From Acutalibacteraceae bacterium (GTDB taxonomy: Bacteria > Bacillota > Clostridia > Oscillospirales > Acutalibacteraceae): 64,000 bases of DNA. This document shows positions 54,002 through 61,873 of the stretch, piece after piece. The notes under the pieces are model-generated. The model searched no databases and was not told the DNA's origin. It saw only the letters and a list, made by a program, of their open reading frames with translations. The translations under genes were made by a program, and so were the position numbers. The stretch covers positions 8,293 to 72,292 of the forward strand of contig JAZOBF010000043.1 in assembly GCA_045595845.1 (NCBI GenBank), given 5' to 3'. Each line of letters opens with the position of its first letter. Position 1 is the first letter of the stretch.

Positions 54002-54619
54002 ATGAAAGTTTTATTGATAAACGGAAGTCCTCGTGTGGGTGGTAACACCGCGGTAGCTTTGGCAGAAATGCAAGCGGTATTTACCAAAAATAACATTGAA
54101 ACCGAAATGATACAGGTGGGTAACCGTGATATTCGCGGCTGTGTTGCGTGCTTTCAATGCGTAAAGACGGGCAAATGTGCAATTGACGATATGGTCAATG
54201 AAATTGCAAGGAAATTTGAACAATGCGACGGGTTGGTGTTGGGCAGTCCTGTGTATTATGCGGCGGCTAACGGCACGCTGATTTCCTTACTGGACCGCTT
54301 ATTTTACAGCACCGGCTTTGACAAACGAATGAAGGTTGGTGCTTCGGTGGCTGTTGCACGGCGCGGAGGCTGTTCCACGACATTTGACCAACTGAATAAG
54401 TACTTTACCATTTCGGGTATGCCGGTGGTTTCCAGTCAGTATTGGAACAGCGTACACGGCAGAGCGCCGGGACAGGCAAGCGAGGATGCAGAAGGATTGC
54501 AGACGATGCGCGTACTCGCCGAAAACATGGTTTTCTTAATGAAAAGCATCGCGCTTGGCAAGGAAACCTTTGGATTACCCGAACAGGAAAAACGAGTGTG
54601 GACCAACTTCATCGGATAA
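54002..54619 (+). CDS. Flavodoxin-fold NAD(P)H-dependent FMN reductase / iron-sulfur flavoprotein-like
   Basis: KVLLINGSPR..GNT and compact Cys motif CVACFQCVKTGKC. Confidence 0.7.
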   Translation: MKVLLINGSPRVGGNTAVALAEMQAVFTKNNIETEMIQVGNRDIRGCVACFQCVKTGKCAIDDMVNEIARKFEQCDGLVLGSPVYYAAANGTLISLLDRLFYSTGFDKRMKVGASVAVARRGGCSTTFDQLNKYFTISGMPVVSSQYWNSVHGRAPGQASEDAEGLQTMRVLAENMVFLMKSIALGKETFGLPEQEKRVWTNFIG

Positions 54620-54630
54620 GGTGACTATGT

Positions 54631-55062
54631 ATGCGAACAGAACAGTTTCAAGGTGTTCCGCAGGAGGCGCTGACCGTTCGTATCGCGGTTTTTGTGGAGG
54701 AGCAGGGTTTTGCGGACGAGATCGATGAGATTGATGGTATCGCTACCCATTTTGTCTTGTTTTCGGATGAACAAAAGCCAATTGCGACATGCCGTGTTTT
54801 TGCGACGGACGGCAAAGGCGAATACATATTAGGAAGACTGTGCGTCCTCAAAGAACATCGTGGCAAAGGCTACGGCAGTTCGTTGATAGAACAAGCCGAG
54901 CGATATGTGACAGCACTCGGCGGCAATCGTTTACGCTTGCATTCGCAGTATCATGCGGCATCCTTTTACGAAAAGCTTGGGTATGTCGCCTACGGAGAGG
55001 TAGAGAACGAGCAAGGCAAACCGCACATTTGGATGGTCAAACATATTAAAGGAATGGTATGA
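54631..55062 (+). CDS. GNAT-family N-acetyltransferase
   Basis: LGRLCVLKEHRGKGYGSSLIEQAE acetyl-CoA binding motif. Confidence 0.85.
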   Translation: MRTEQFQGVPQEALTVRIAVFVEEQGFADEIDEIDGIATHFVLFSDEQKPIATCRVFATDGKGEYILGRLCVLKEHRGKGYGSSLIEQAERYVTALGGNRLRLHSQYHAASFYEKLGYVAYGEVENEQGKPHIWMVKHIKGMV

Positions 55063-55063
55063 T

Positions 55064-55597
55064 ATGAACTTTTTAGACATTGCAAAAACGCGCCAATCTT
55101 GCCGCAGTTTTGATGCGGACCGTGCGGTAGAGCCACAAAAAATAGAATCCGTTTTAGAGGCGGTACGGTTGTCCCCCTCTGCTTGTAACAGACAGCCGTA
55201 CCATCTGACAGTTTGTACCGGCAAGCTTGCCGCCCGCGTTGCCAAAGCTACCCAAAAGCTCGGCGCCAACCGCTTTACATCGGATGCACCGGTGCACATT
55301 ATCCTGTCCGAAAAACCCAACACCAAAGCTACCGCTCTTGGTGCCAAGGTGACGGGCACGGATTACCGTTCCATTGACATTGGTATTGCGGTTGCTTATC
55401 TTACGGCAGAGGCGACCGCACAGGGGCTTTCTACCTGTATTCTGGGTTGGTTTGACGGCAACAAGCTACGTGAATTGTGCGGACTTGACGGTGAGGCACG
55501 GCTGGTCGTCTCGCTCGGCTATGCTAAGGCGGATGCGGTGCTGCGCGACAAAGAGCGAAAAACTCTTGATGAGCTCGTTACGCGTTTATCCGACTGA
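55064..55597 (+). CDS. Nitroreductase-family protein
   Basis: RQSCRSF...LEAVRLSPSACNRQPYH motif. Confidence 0.85.
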   Translation: MNFLDIAKTRQSCRSFDADRAVEPQKIESVLEAVRLSPSACNRQPYHLTVCTGKLAARVAKATQKLGANRFTSDAPVHIILSEKPNTKATALGAKVTGTDYRSIDIGIAVAYLTAEATAQGLSTCILGWFDGNKLRELCGLDGEARLVVSLGYAKADAVLRDKERKTLDELVTRLSD

Positions 55598-55610
55598 TAG
55601 GGGAAATACC

Positions 55611-56516
55611 ATGATTTATACCGTTACTTGTAACCCTGCATTAGACTATATACTGCAGGTGCCGCATCTGCAAAAGGCAGGCATTAACCGTTCTGAGCGG
55701 GAAACGCTGACATACGGCGGAAAAGGTGTCAATGTATCCGCGGTTCTTGCTCGATTGTCCGTACCGACGCGTGCGATGGGTTTTACGGCAGGACTGATGG
55801 GTGAAAAACTGAAAAGTTTACTGTCCGCAGAGGGGATTGAATGTGATTTCGTGGATCTGCCGGCGGGAGAAACGCGTATCAATGTCAAGATTCGGGCACA
55901 ACAGGAACTGGATATCAACGCATCCGGTCCGTCGGTATCGACTTCGGATGTGGAACGGTTGCTTCAAAAACTCGATTCACTGCGTGCCGACGATATGTTG
56001 GTGCTTGCCGGCACGATCCCGCGCGGACTGCCGCAGGATCTGTACCTTCAAATGTTGAAACGGGTTGATGGGCGGGGCGTGTTGACGGTGGTGGATGCCC
56101 AGGGTGAGTTGTTGCGCAACACCTTGCCGCATCGGCCATTCCTTATTAAACCCAATCACCACGAACTCGGCGCCCTGTTCGGAAAAGAACTGCACACCAC
56201 CGACGAAATCCTTGCGTGCGCACGGCGGTTACAGACGGAGGGCGCGCGAAATGTTTTAGTATCCCGCGCCGAGAGTGGCGCGATACTCGTGGATGAAACG
56301 GGTGTCTGTCATACCGTCGGTACGGTCAGTGGTCCTCTGCGCAACTCGGTCGGGTGCGGAGATAGTATGGTAGCGGGCTTTTTAGCGGGTTATTTGAAAC
56401 ACAAAGACTATGCCTACGCCTTGCGTCTCGGTGCTGCTTGCGGAAACGCTACTGCGTTTTCGGATACGCTGGCGACGGCGGGGGAAATTGAGGCGGTGTT
56501 GTCGCGGTTACCGTAA
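55611..56516 (+). CDS. 1-phosphofructokinase-family (PfkB/FruK/LacC) kinase
   Basis: MIYTVTCNPALDY...GGKGVNVS...IKPNHHEL...GCGDSMVAGFL. Confidence 0.85.
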   Translation: MIYTVTCNPALDYILQVPHLQKAGINRSERETLTYGGKGVNVSAVLARLSVPTRAMGFTAGLMGEKLKSLLSAEGIECDFVDLPAGETRINVKIRAQQELDINASGPSVSTSDVERLLQKLDSLRADDMLVLAGTIPRGLPQDLYLQMLKRVDGRGVLTVVDAQGELLRNTLPHRPFLIKPNHHELGALFGKELHTTDEILACARRLQTEGARNVLVSRAESGAILVDETGVCHTVGTVSGPLRNSVGCGDSMVAGFLAGYLKHKDYAYALRLGAACGNATAFSDTLATAGEIEAVLSRLP

Positions 56517-56555
56517 AGGAGAAAAACATTGCGAAACAAATTTGGTGAATAAATG

Positions 56556-56584
56556 AAAAAGCTCCCCGACGGGGAGCTTTTTTA
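56556..56584 (+). terminator. Intrinsic terminator
   Basis: AGCTCCCCG-AC-GGGGAGCT followed by TTTTT. Confidence 0.85.
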
Positions 56585-56669
56585 GTGGGCTAAAAAACAG
56601 GGAGTTGTTTGTTGTCGTCGTAAGTGATGGCGTATGGCAAAAAGAACGCGAAAACTATGTAAACCCCAA

Positions 56670-56704
56670 CAAAAAACCCTACAGATCATCCGTAGGGTTT
56701 TTTG
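56670..56704 (-). terminator. Intrinsic terminator after the SDR gene
   Basis: CCCTAC...GTAGGG hairpin with flanking A-run and T-run. Confidence 0.7.
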
Positions 56705-56746
56705 TATACCGTTCTTATTATGCGAAAAGATAGTAGCGTTTCTTCT

Positions 56747-57592
56747 TTACACACCCGAATATGCCGAAAATCCGCAGTCAACAGGTAGTACGATGCCCGA
56801 AATTGCGGATGCCGAACGATCGTCACACAAGAAGAGTGTGGCGCCAAGAAGCTCGCTTGCATCAACGAATCTGCCCATCGGAGTTCCGTTGAGAATTTTT
56901 GCACTTCTCGCTGTAGGCGTACCATCCTCATTATAGAGGAGTTTATAGTTTTGTGCCGACACAAGAAATCCGGGAGCTATTGCATTACAGCGAATACCCG
57001 TACCGGCGAAATGTGTGGCGAGCCATTGTGTAAAATTAGAGATACCGGCCTTTGCCGCCGAATATGCGGGAATCTTGGTCAGGGGTGTATACGCGTTCAT
57101 GGAAGAGATATTCAGTACGCAACCTGCCTTTTTCGCTACCATATCCTTTGCGAACGCCTGAGTGGGCAAGAGGGTGCCTTGGAAATTAAGCTTGAAAACA
57201 AAATCAACGCCATCTGGCTGAAGATCAAAGAAGGATGTTTTGCCTTCTTTTGCCTCGTGCTGATACTCATTATCCGTTGTGGCTCTCGGGTTGTTTCCGC
57301 CAGCGCCGTTAACAAGAATGTCGCATTCTCCCAGGTCAGCAAGCACAGACTTGTGTACTTCCTCAAGGGCTTCGGCATCGAGCACATTCGCATGATAACC
57401 CTCACAAATCAAGCCCTCGGCCTTCAGTTCATCGGAAAGCTTCTTTACGGCATCTTCGTTAAGATCCAGTGCCGCTACCTTTGCACCCGATTGCGCGAAC
57501 GCTCTTGCCATAGTACCGCAGATAAGCCCGCCGGCACCGGTAACGACAACGACCTTACCACTGTAATCTATGTTGATGGGAAGCTGTATCAT
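56747..57592 (-). CDS. SDR-family oxidoreductase, probable mannonate/fructuronate oxidoreductase
   Basis: VVVVTGAGGLICG Rossmann motif and YSAAK catalytic motif. 12 nt downstream of uxuA. Confidence 0.65.
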   Translation of the reverse strand: MIQLPINIDYSGKVVVVTGAGGLICGTMARAFAQSGAKVAALDLNEDAVKKLSDELKAEGLICEGYHANVLDAEALEEVHKSVLADLGECDILVNGAGGNNPRATTDNEYQHEAKEGKTSFFDLQPDGVDFVFKLNFQGTLLPTQAFAKDMVAKKAGCVLNISSMNAYTPLTKIPAYSAAKAGISNFTQWLATHFAGTGIRCNAIAPGFLVSAQNYKLLYNEDGTPTARSAKILNGTPMGRFVDASELLGATLFLCDDRSASAISGIVLPVDCGFSAYSGV

Positions 57593-57604
57593 ATGATTCT
57601 CTCC

Positions 57605-58693
57605 TTATTTTTTATCGAATTTTTCAAGGTAATCCCATATGCCTAACATATACATAATACCAAGCGCACGGTCATAAAGTCCGTAGCCGGGGCGTACATT
57701 ACCCGGTCCCTCATTCCAGAGGTGCCGGCCGTGGTCGGGACGGATATACCCCTCATAGCCGCAGTCGTGGTAAGCCTTTAAGATATCAAGAATACCCGTA
57801 TCACCGTCACAGTCTCTGTGACTTGCCTCGGAAAAATCACCGTTCTCGAAATGCTTTACATTCCGTATGTGCGCAAAGGCAATTCTATCGCAATGCTTGC
57901 GCACGATCTCTGCGACATTGTTGCTCGGATCTGCATTAAGGCTTCCTGAACAAAGCGTTAAACAGTTGTATTCATCGTCAACCATTTTCAGGAAGCGATC
58001 AATGTTTTCCTCGTTGACGAGCAATCGCGGAAGTCCGAAAATATCCCATGGCGGATCGTCCATATGGATGGCCATCTTGATATCGCACTCGCGGCAAGTA
58101 GGTATAATCGCCTCAAGGAAGTATTTAAGATTCGCCCAAAGCTTTTCGTGGTCAACTCCCTCGTACGCACGAAAAAGCTCGTCGAGCTTTGCCATTCGTT
58201 CCGGTTCCCAACCGGGAAAAGACATATTATACTTTTCGGTAAAATCAAGAATGTACTTTGCCATGGCGTTATAGTCATCTTGAATCATATTTTTTTCGTA
58301 GAACAGTGCCGTCGAGCCGTCACCTACGGGATGGAAAAGATTACTTCTCGTCCAATCGAATATCGGCATGAAGTTATAGCAGATAACCTTAACGCCAAAC
58401 TTCGACAGGTTGCGGATACACTGCTTATAATTCTCAATGTACTTATCCCGCGTGGGCAACCCAATTTTGATGTCGTCGTGCACATTCACCGATTCGACCA
58501 CATCCATATTGAAACCATATTCGTCAAGTTGTCGCTTCACCTCGGCTATCTCGTGTTCTTCCCACACCTCGCCGGGCATTTTATGATGAAGCGCCCAGAC
58601 GATACCGTCTACTCCGGGTATTTGCTTAATGTCGGAGAGCTTAATGTTGTCATTTCCCTCTCCGTACCAGCGGAATGTCATTTTCATTGGCAT
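57605..58693 (-). CDS. uxuA: Mannonate dehydratase
   Basis: MKMTFRWYGEGNDNIKLSDIKQIPG N-terminus and xylose-isomerase-like TIM pattern typical of UxuA. Confidence 0.88.
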   Translation of the reverse strand: MPMKMTFRWYGEGNDNIKLSDIKQIPGVDGIVWALHHKMPGEVWEEHEIAEVKRQLDEYGFNMDVVESVNVHDDIKIGLPTRDKYIENYKQCIRNLSKFGVKVICYNFMPIFDWTRSNLFHPVGDGSTALFYEKNMIQDDYNAMAKYILDFTEKYNMSFPGWEPERMAKLDELFRAYEGVDHEKLWANLKYFLEAIIPTCRECDIKMAIHMDDPPWDIFGLPRLLVNEENIDRFLKMVDDEYNCLTLCSGSLNADPSNNVAEIVRKHCDRIAFAHIRNVKHFENGDFSEASHRDCDGDTGILDILKAYHDCGYEGYIRPDHGRHLWNEGPGNVRPGYGLYDRALGIMYMLGIWDYLEKFDKK

Positions 58694-58764
58694 ATGTTAC
58701 CTCCCTGATTTTATTAGCCCAATATTGTTGTGTAATACGATAGTCTACATTCTTGACCAAACAA

Positions 58765-59991
58765 TTACGCCCTGACGACATCTCTGTATTCTTTCGGCGT
58801 TTTTCCCACTTGTTTTTTGAATATTTTCGAAAAATATTGCACATCCATTATCCCACAGTGCAGGGCAACGGTCTGAATTTGCAGATGTGTCGTACTCAAA
58901 AGATATTTAGCGTGTTCGATTCGTTTGTCTCGTACGTATGCCGATAATGTCTTGCCCGTTTCTTTTTTGAATACAGTCGCAAGATATCCGCTGCTCACAC
59001 CTTGCCGCTTGGCTATGGTGCTCAAGGACAGCTCGGCAGATATGTCCGAGTCTATCATGACTATCGTCTTTTTTACGATAGGAGAATATGTCTTCATGGA
59101 GTGCGTACGCACCAAACGGCAGTACGAGGAAAAGATTTCCCGCATAAGCCCCGATACCGTATTGATGTTCGATATCAGCTCTATTTTGGTGGCAAATTTT
59201 GACGAAAGCGCATCGATATGTATGGGGTGCACACCGCCGTCTTCTGCCGCCTTTCGGAGAAGGGTGTTCATAATTATACAATAGTTTTTTGCATTTCTAA
59301 CGGGATCTTGCACACGCTTCTCAAACAACTGCTCGTTGAAAGCAGCCGAAAGCAACTCTCCCTTGTGTTGTTGCCCGAGCGATACCGCACGTATCAGCTC
59401 GTTCTCAAAGGCATATCGTTTCTCCATCATCTCGGCACTTGCGAGCATCTCCGCGGCACTCTCGCCATGCGGGGCGCCGTCGGTAGAAATCTGAGGCAAG
59501 GTATACTCCTTGCTCACCTCGACGATGGCGAAAGACGGAATCTGCCATATTCGCTCACAGAATGCGTTTATTACGGCAAAAATGCGGTCGTTCTCGGAAA
59601 CAACCGGGACAGTTGAATAGTATTCTTTTAGATTTTTTTGTCCGGTGGGATCGAGCCCCATTTTTTCCCCAATTTCAAGAATATCCTTTGAGGGGAGGAC
59701 GGCAGAAAGATACGGGCCGATAAGCAGAATGTTTTTTTCGCTTAGGATGGGAAGTCTGAAGCAAATGTATCGAAGCTTGAATTCATTGTATAGCAGATAC
59801 TTTGTCTTGCTTTCTACAGTTCCGATCACCCTTTGCACCGTCTCGTCTGATTTTGAAAAATACCCGACCACACTGTTGAATCTGGAGTAAACCGTCAGAC
59901 CTATATTGTCAAATGTGGATAGAACCGAGGTGTGAATATGACATTTTTGAAGAATTTCGCAGAAAAAATTCAAATCGTTGTCGATGTTCAT
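58765..59991 (-). CDS. AraC-family transcriptional regulator
   Basis: C-terminal HTH TIAKRQGVSSGYLATVFKKETGKT...VALHCGIMDVQYFSKIFKKQVGKTPKEYR. AGGAGGTGG RBS before the ATG at 59991. Confidence 0.85.
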   Translation of the reverse strand: MNIDNDLNFFCEILQKCHIHTSVLSTFDNIGLTVYSRFNSVVGYFSKSDETVQRVIGTVESKTKYLLYNEFKLRYICFRLPILSEKNILLIGPYLSAVLPSKDILEIGEKMGLDPTGQKNLKEYYSTVPVVSENDRIFAVINAFCERIWQIPSFAIVEVSKEYTLPQISTDGAPHGESAAEMLASAEMMEKRYAFENELIRAVSLGQQHKGELLSAAFNEQLFEKRVQDPVRNAKNYCIIMNTLLRKAAEDGGVHPIHIDALSSKFATKIELISNINTVSGLMREIFSSYCRLVRTHSMKTYSPIVKKTIVMIDSDISAELSLSTIAKRQGVSSGYLATVFKKETGKTLSAYVRDKRIEHAKYLLSTTHLQIQTVALHCGIMDVQYFSKIFKKQVGKTPKEYRDVVRA

Positions 59992-60205
59992 ACCGTTCTT
60001 CCACCTCCTGACATCTTCGGCAATTTGATAGTTATTGTTAATAGTATACGATATGTTTTTGATAATTGCAACAAGTATTCTAATGTTAAAATTAAAATAA
60101 TACAAAAACACAGTAGTTTTTTACTACCATTTTTCTCGTCAGTGGAGTATAATGATTATTGTTATCATTGCACTCTAACAAAAAATCAGAAAGAGGAAAA
60201 TGACA

Positions 60206-61735
60206 ATGAAAAAACAAGTTAAAATGGATGCCAACGGGCATCGGAAATTCGGTATGCGCGACTGCGTAGCTTATGCAGCGGGCGATCTTGGCTGTAATAT
60301 GAGCTTTGCGCTCAAAGGCACGATCATGCCCTTGTTCTGGACTCAGGTAATGGGTCTGAGCGCCTGGTATTCGCTTTTAATTGTAATTCTCCAGGTTTGG
60401 GATGCCATTAACGACCCCCTTATCGGTTCGATTGTTGATGCCGACAGACGCCAATACAAGAAAAACAAATTCCTACAATACATATGGGCCGGTTCCATCG
60501 GCCTTATCATTGGCGGTGCTTGTTGTTTTCTTCCGTTCCCCGGTGCTCCCGAATGGGCAAAGATTATCATCTTTATGGCGGGTTATATTATTTGGGACGC
60601 ATTCTACACCGTTGCAAACGTTCCCTATGGTTCGCTCCTCTCTCTAATCTCAAAAAATCCCGCTGACCGTGCCTCTCTCTCTGCGTGGAGATCCGTTGGT
60701 TCCATGGTGGGCAACATGCTTCCTATGGTCATCCTTCCTTTCTTGGTTTATAACGAGGATAAGTCACTCAATGGTCCGATGGTATTTGTTGCGGCGCTCG
60801 TAATGGGTGCCCTTGGATTCCTGTGCTTCCAGTTCATGATTAAGAACACAGAAGTTCGTGTCAACACCGAAGTCACCGTGAACGAGGATCAGCCTAAATT
60901 CAATGTGTTTAAGGCAATGGGTAACTTTATCAAGAACCGCCCGGCCGTCGGCGCAACGCTCGCGGCTATGGGTATGTTCATCGGTATGCAGGGTGCTAAT
61001 ACCGCCGTTTCGGTTACGTTCCAGATCTACTTCAAGAATCCCGAAATCTCCGGCCTTATTTCTATGTTCGCAATGCTCCCGATCGTGATTTTTACGCCTC
61101 TTGCTCGCAAGATGGTTACCAAATATGGTAAAAAAGAACTTTCGATACTCGGTTCCGTCTGTTATATTGTTGGTGCGGCCGTGCTCTTTGCGGCGCCTCT
61201 TGGTCTTGTTTCGGTCGGCGAAAACAATACGGGTATCGATCTTATCCTGTACATTGTTGCTCAACTGGTTATGTCCCTCGGTATGGGCATTTACTCCACC
61301 GTTTCGTGGGCGATGATGGGCGATGCCATTGACTACAATGAGTGGAAGACCGGCACACGTGAAGAGGGTGTGGTGTATTCGCTTCACTCGTTCTTCCGTA
61401 AGCTCGCTCAGGGCGTTGGTCCTGCCGTTGCACTCACCATTATGCAGGGTATGGGTTACATCAACAATGCTAACCTTGATGCAACGGGCAACTACACCAA
61501 TATCCCCGACGCGGCAGGCAAATTTAACGCAATAAATGTTGAATGGCTCGGTTGGGATTTTGCAGTAGAGCTTCGTTCTCTCGTGGCAATCCTCTTCCTC
61601 GTAGCAGGCGTCATGTTGTTCATTGGTCTTGGGCTTGTCTACAACCTTGACAAGAAGACTCTGGAAAAGATGAATGCAGAGCTTGCTGAAAGAAAAGTTG
61701 CCGTTCCGGACGCAGAGGAAACAGTTACGGGATAA
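60206..61735 (+). CDS. GPH-family (glycoside-pentoside-hexuronide) cation symporter
   Basis: 12-TM MFS-like. N-terminal YAAGDLGCNMSF and DAINDPLIGSIVD motifs typical of the GPH family. The start could also be ATG at 60200. Confidence 0.8.
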   Translation: MKKQVKMDANGHRKFGMRDCVAYAAGDLGCNMSFALKGTIMPLFWTQVMGLSAWYSLLIVILQVWDAINDPLIGSIVDADRRQYKKNKFLQYIWAGSIGLIIGGACCFLPFPGAPEWAKIIIFMAGYIIWDAFYTVANVPYGSLLSLISKNPADRASLSAWRSVGSMVGNMLPMVILPFLVYNEDKSLNGPMVFVAALVMGALGFLCFQFMIKNTEVRVNTEVTVNEDQPKFNVFKAMGNFIKNRPAVGATLAAMGMFIGMQGANTAVSVTFQIYFKNPEISGLISMFAMLPIVIFTPLARKMVTKYGKKELSILGSVCYIVGAAVLFAAPLGLVSVGENNTGIDLILYIVAQLVMSLGMGIYSTVSWAMMGDAIDYNEWKTGTREEGVVYSLHSFFRKLAQGVGPAVALTIMQGMGYINNANLDATGNYTNIPDAAGKFNAINVEWLGWDFAVELRSLVAILFLVAGVMLFIGLGLVYNLDKKTLEKMNAELAERKVAVPDAEETVTG

Positions 61736-61750
61736 TCATTCGTAGGACTT

Positions 61751-61786
61751 ACAGTGTCCGATCATCGGTCGGGCACTGTATTTTTA
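61751..61786 (+). terminator. Intrinsic terminator
   Basis: ACAGTGTCCGA-loop-TCGGGCACTGT followed by TTTTT. Confidence 0.75.
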
Positions 61787-61873
61787 AAAAGATTTTTATA
61801 CTCGCTATGTACAAACGGATTTAATATGTAATCGATATAATGATTTCGTCATTAATTTTGTAGGAGAAAAACC

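Noticed and set aside
53471-56675. Identical 16-mer TAAACCCCAACAAAAA at 53471-86 and 56660-75, which could be direct repeats flanking a 3.2-kb insert
   Set aside because: A single 16-nt A-rich match is roughly what chance allows in 64 kb. In both places most of it is the A-tract of a bidirectional terminator. The enclosed genes show no obvious compositional shift or mobility genes.
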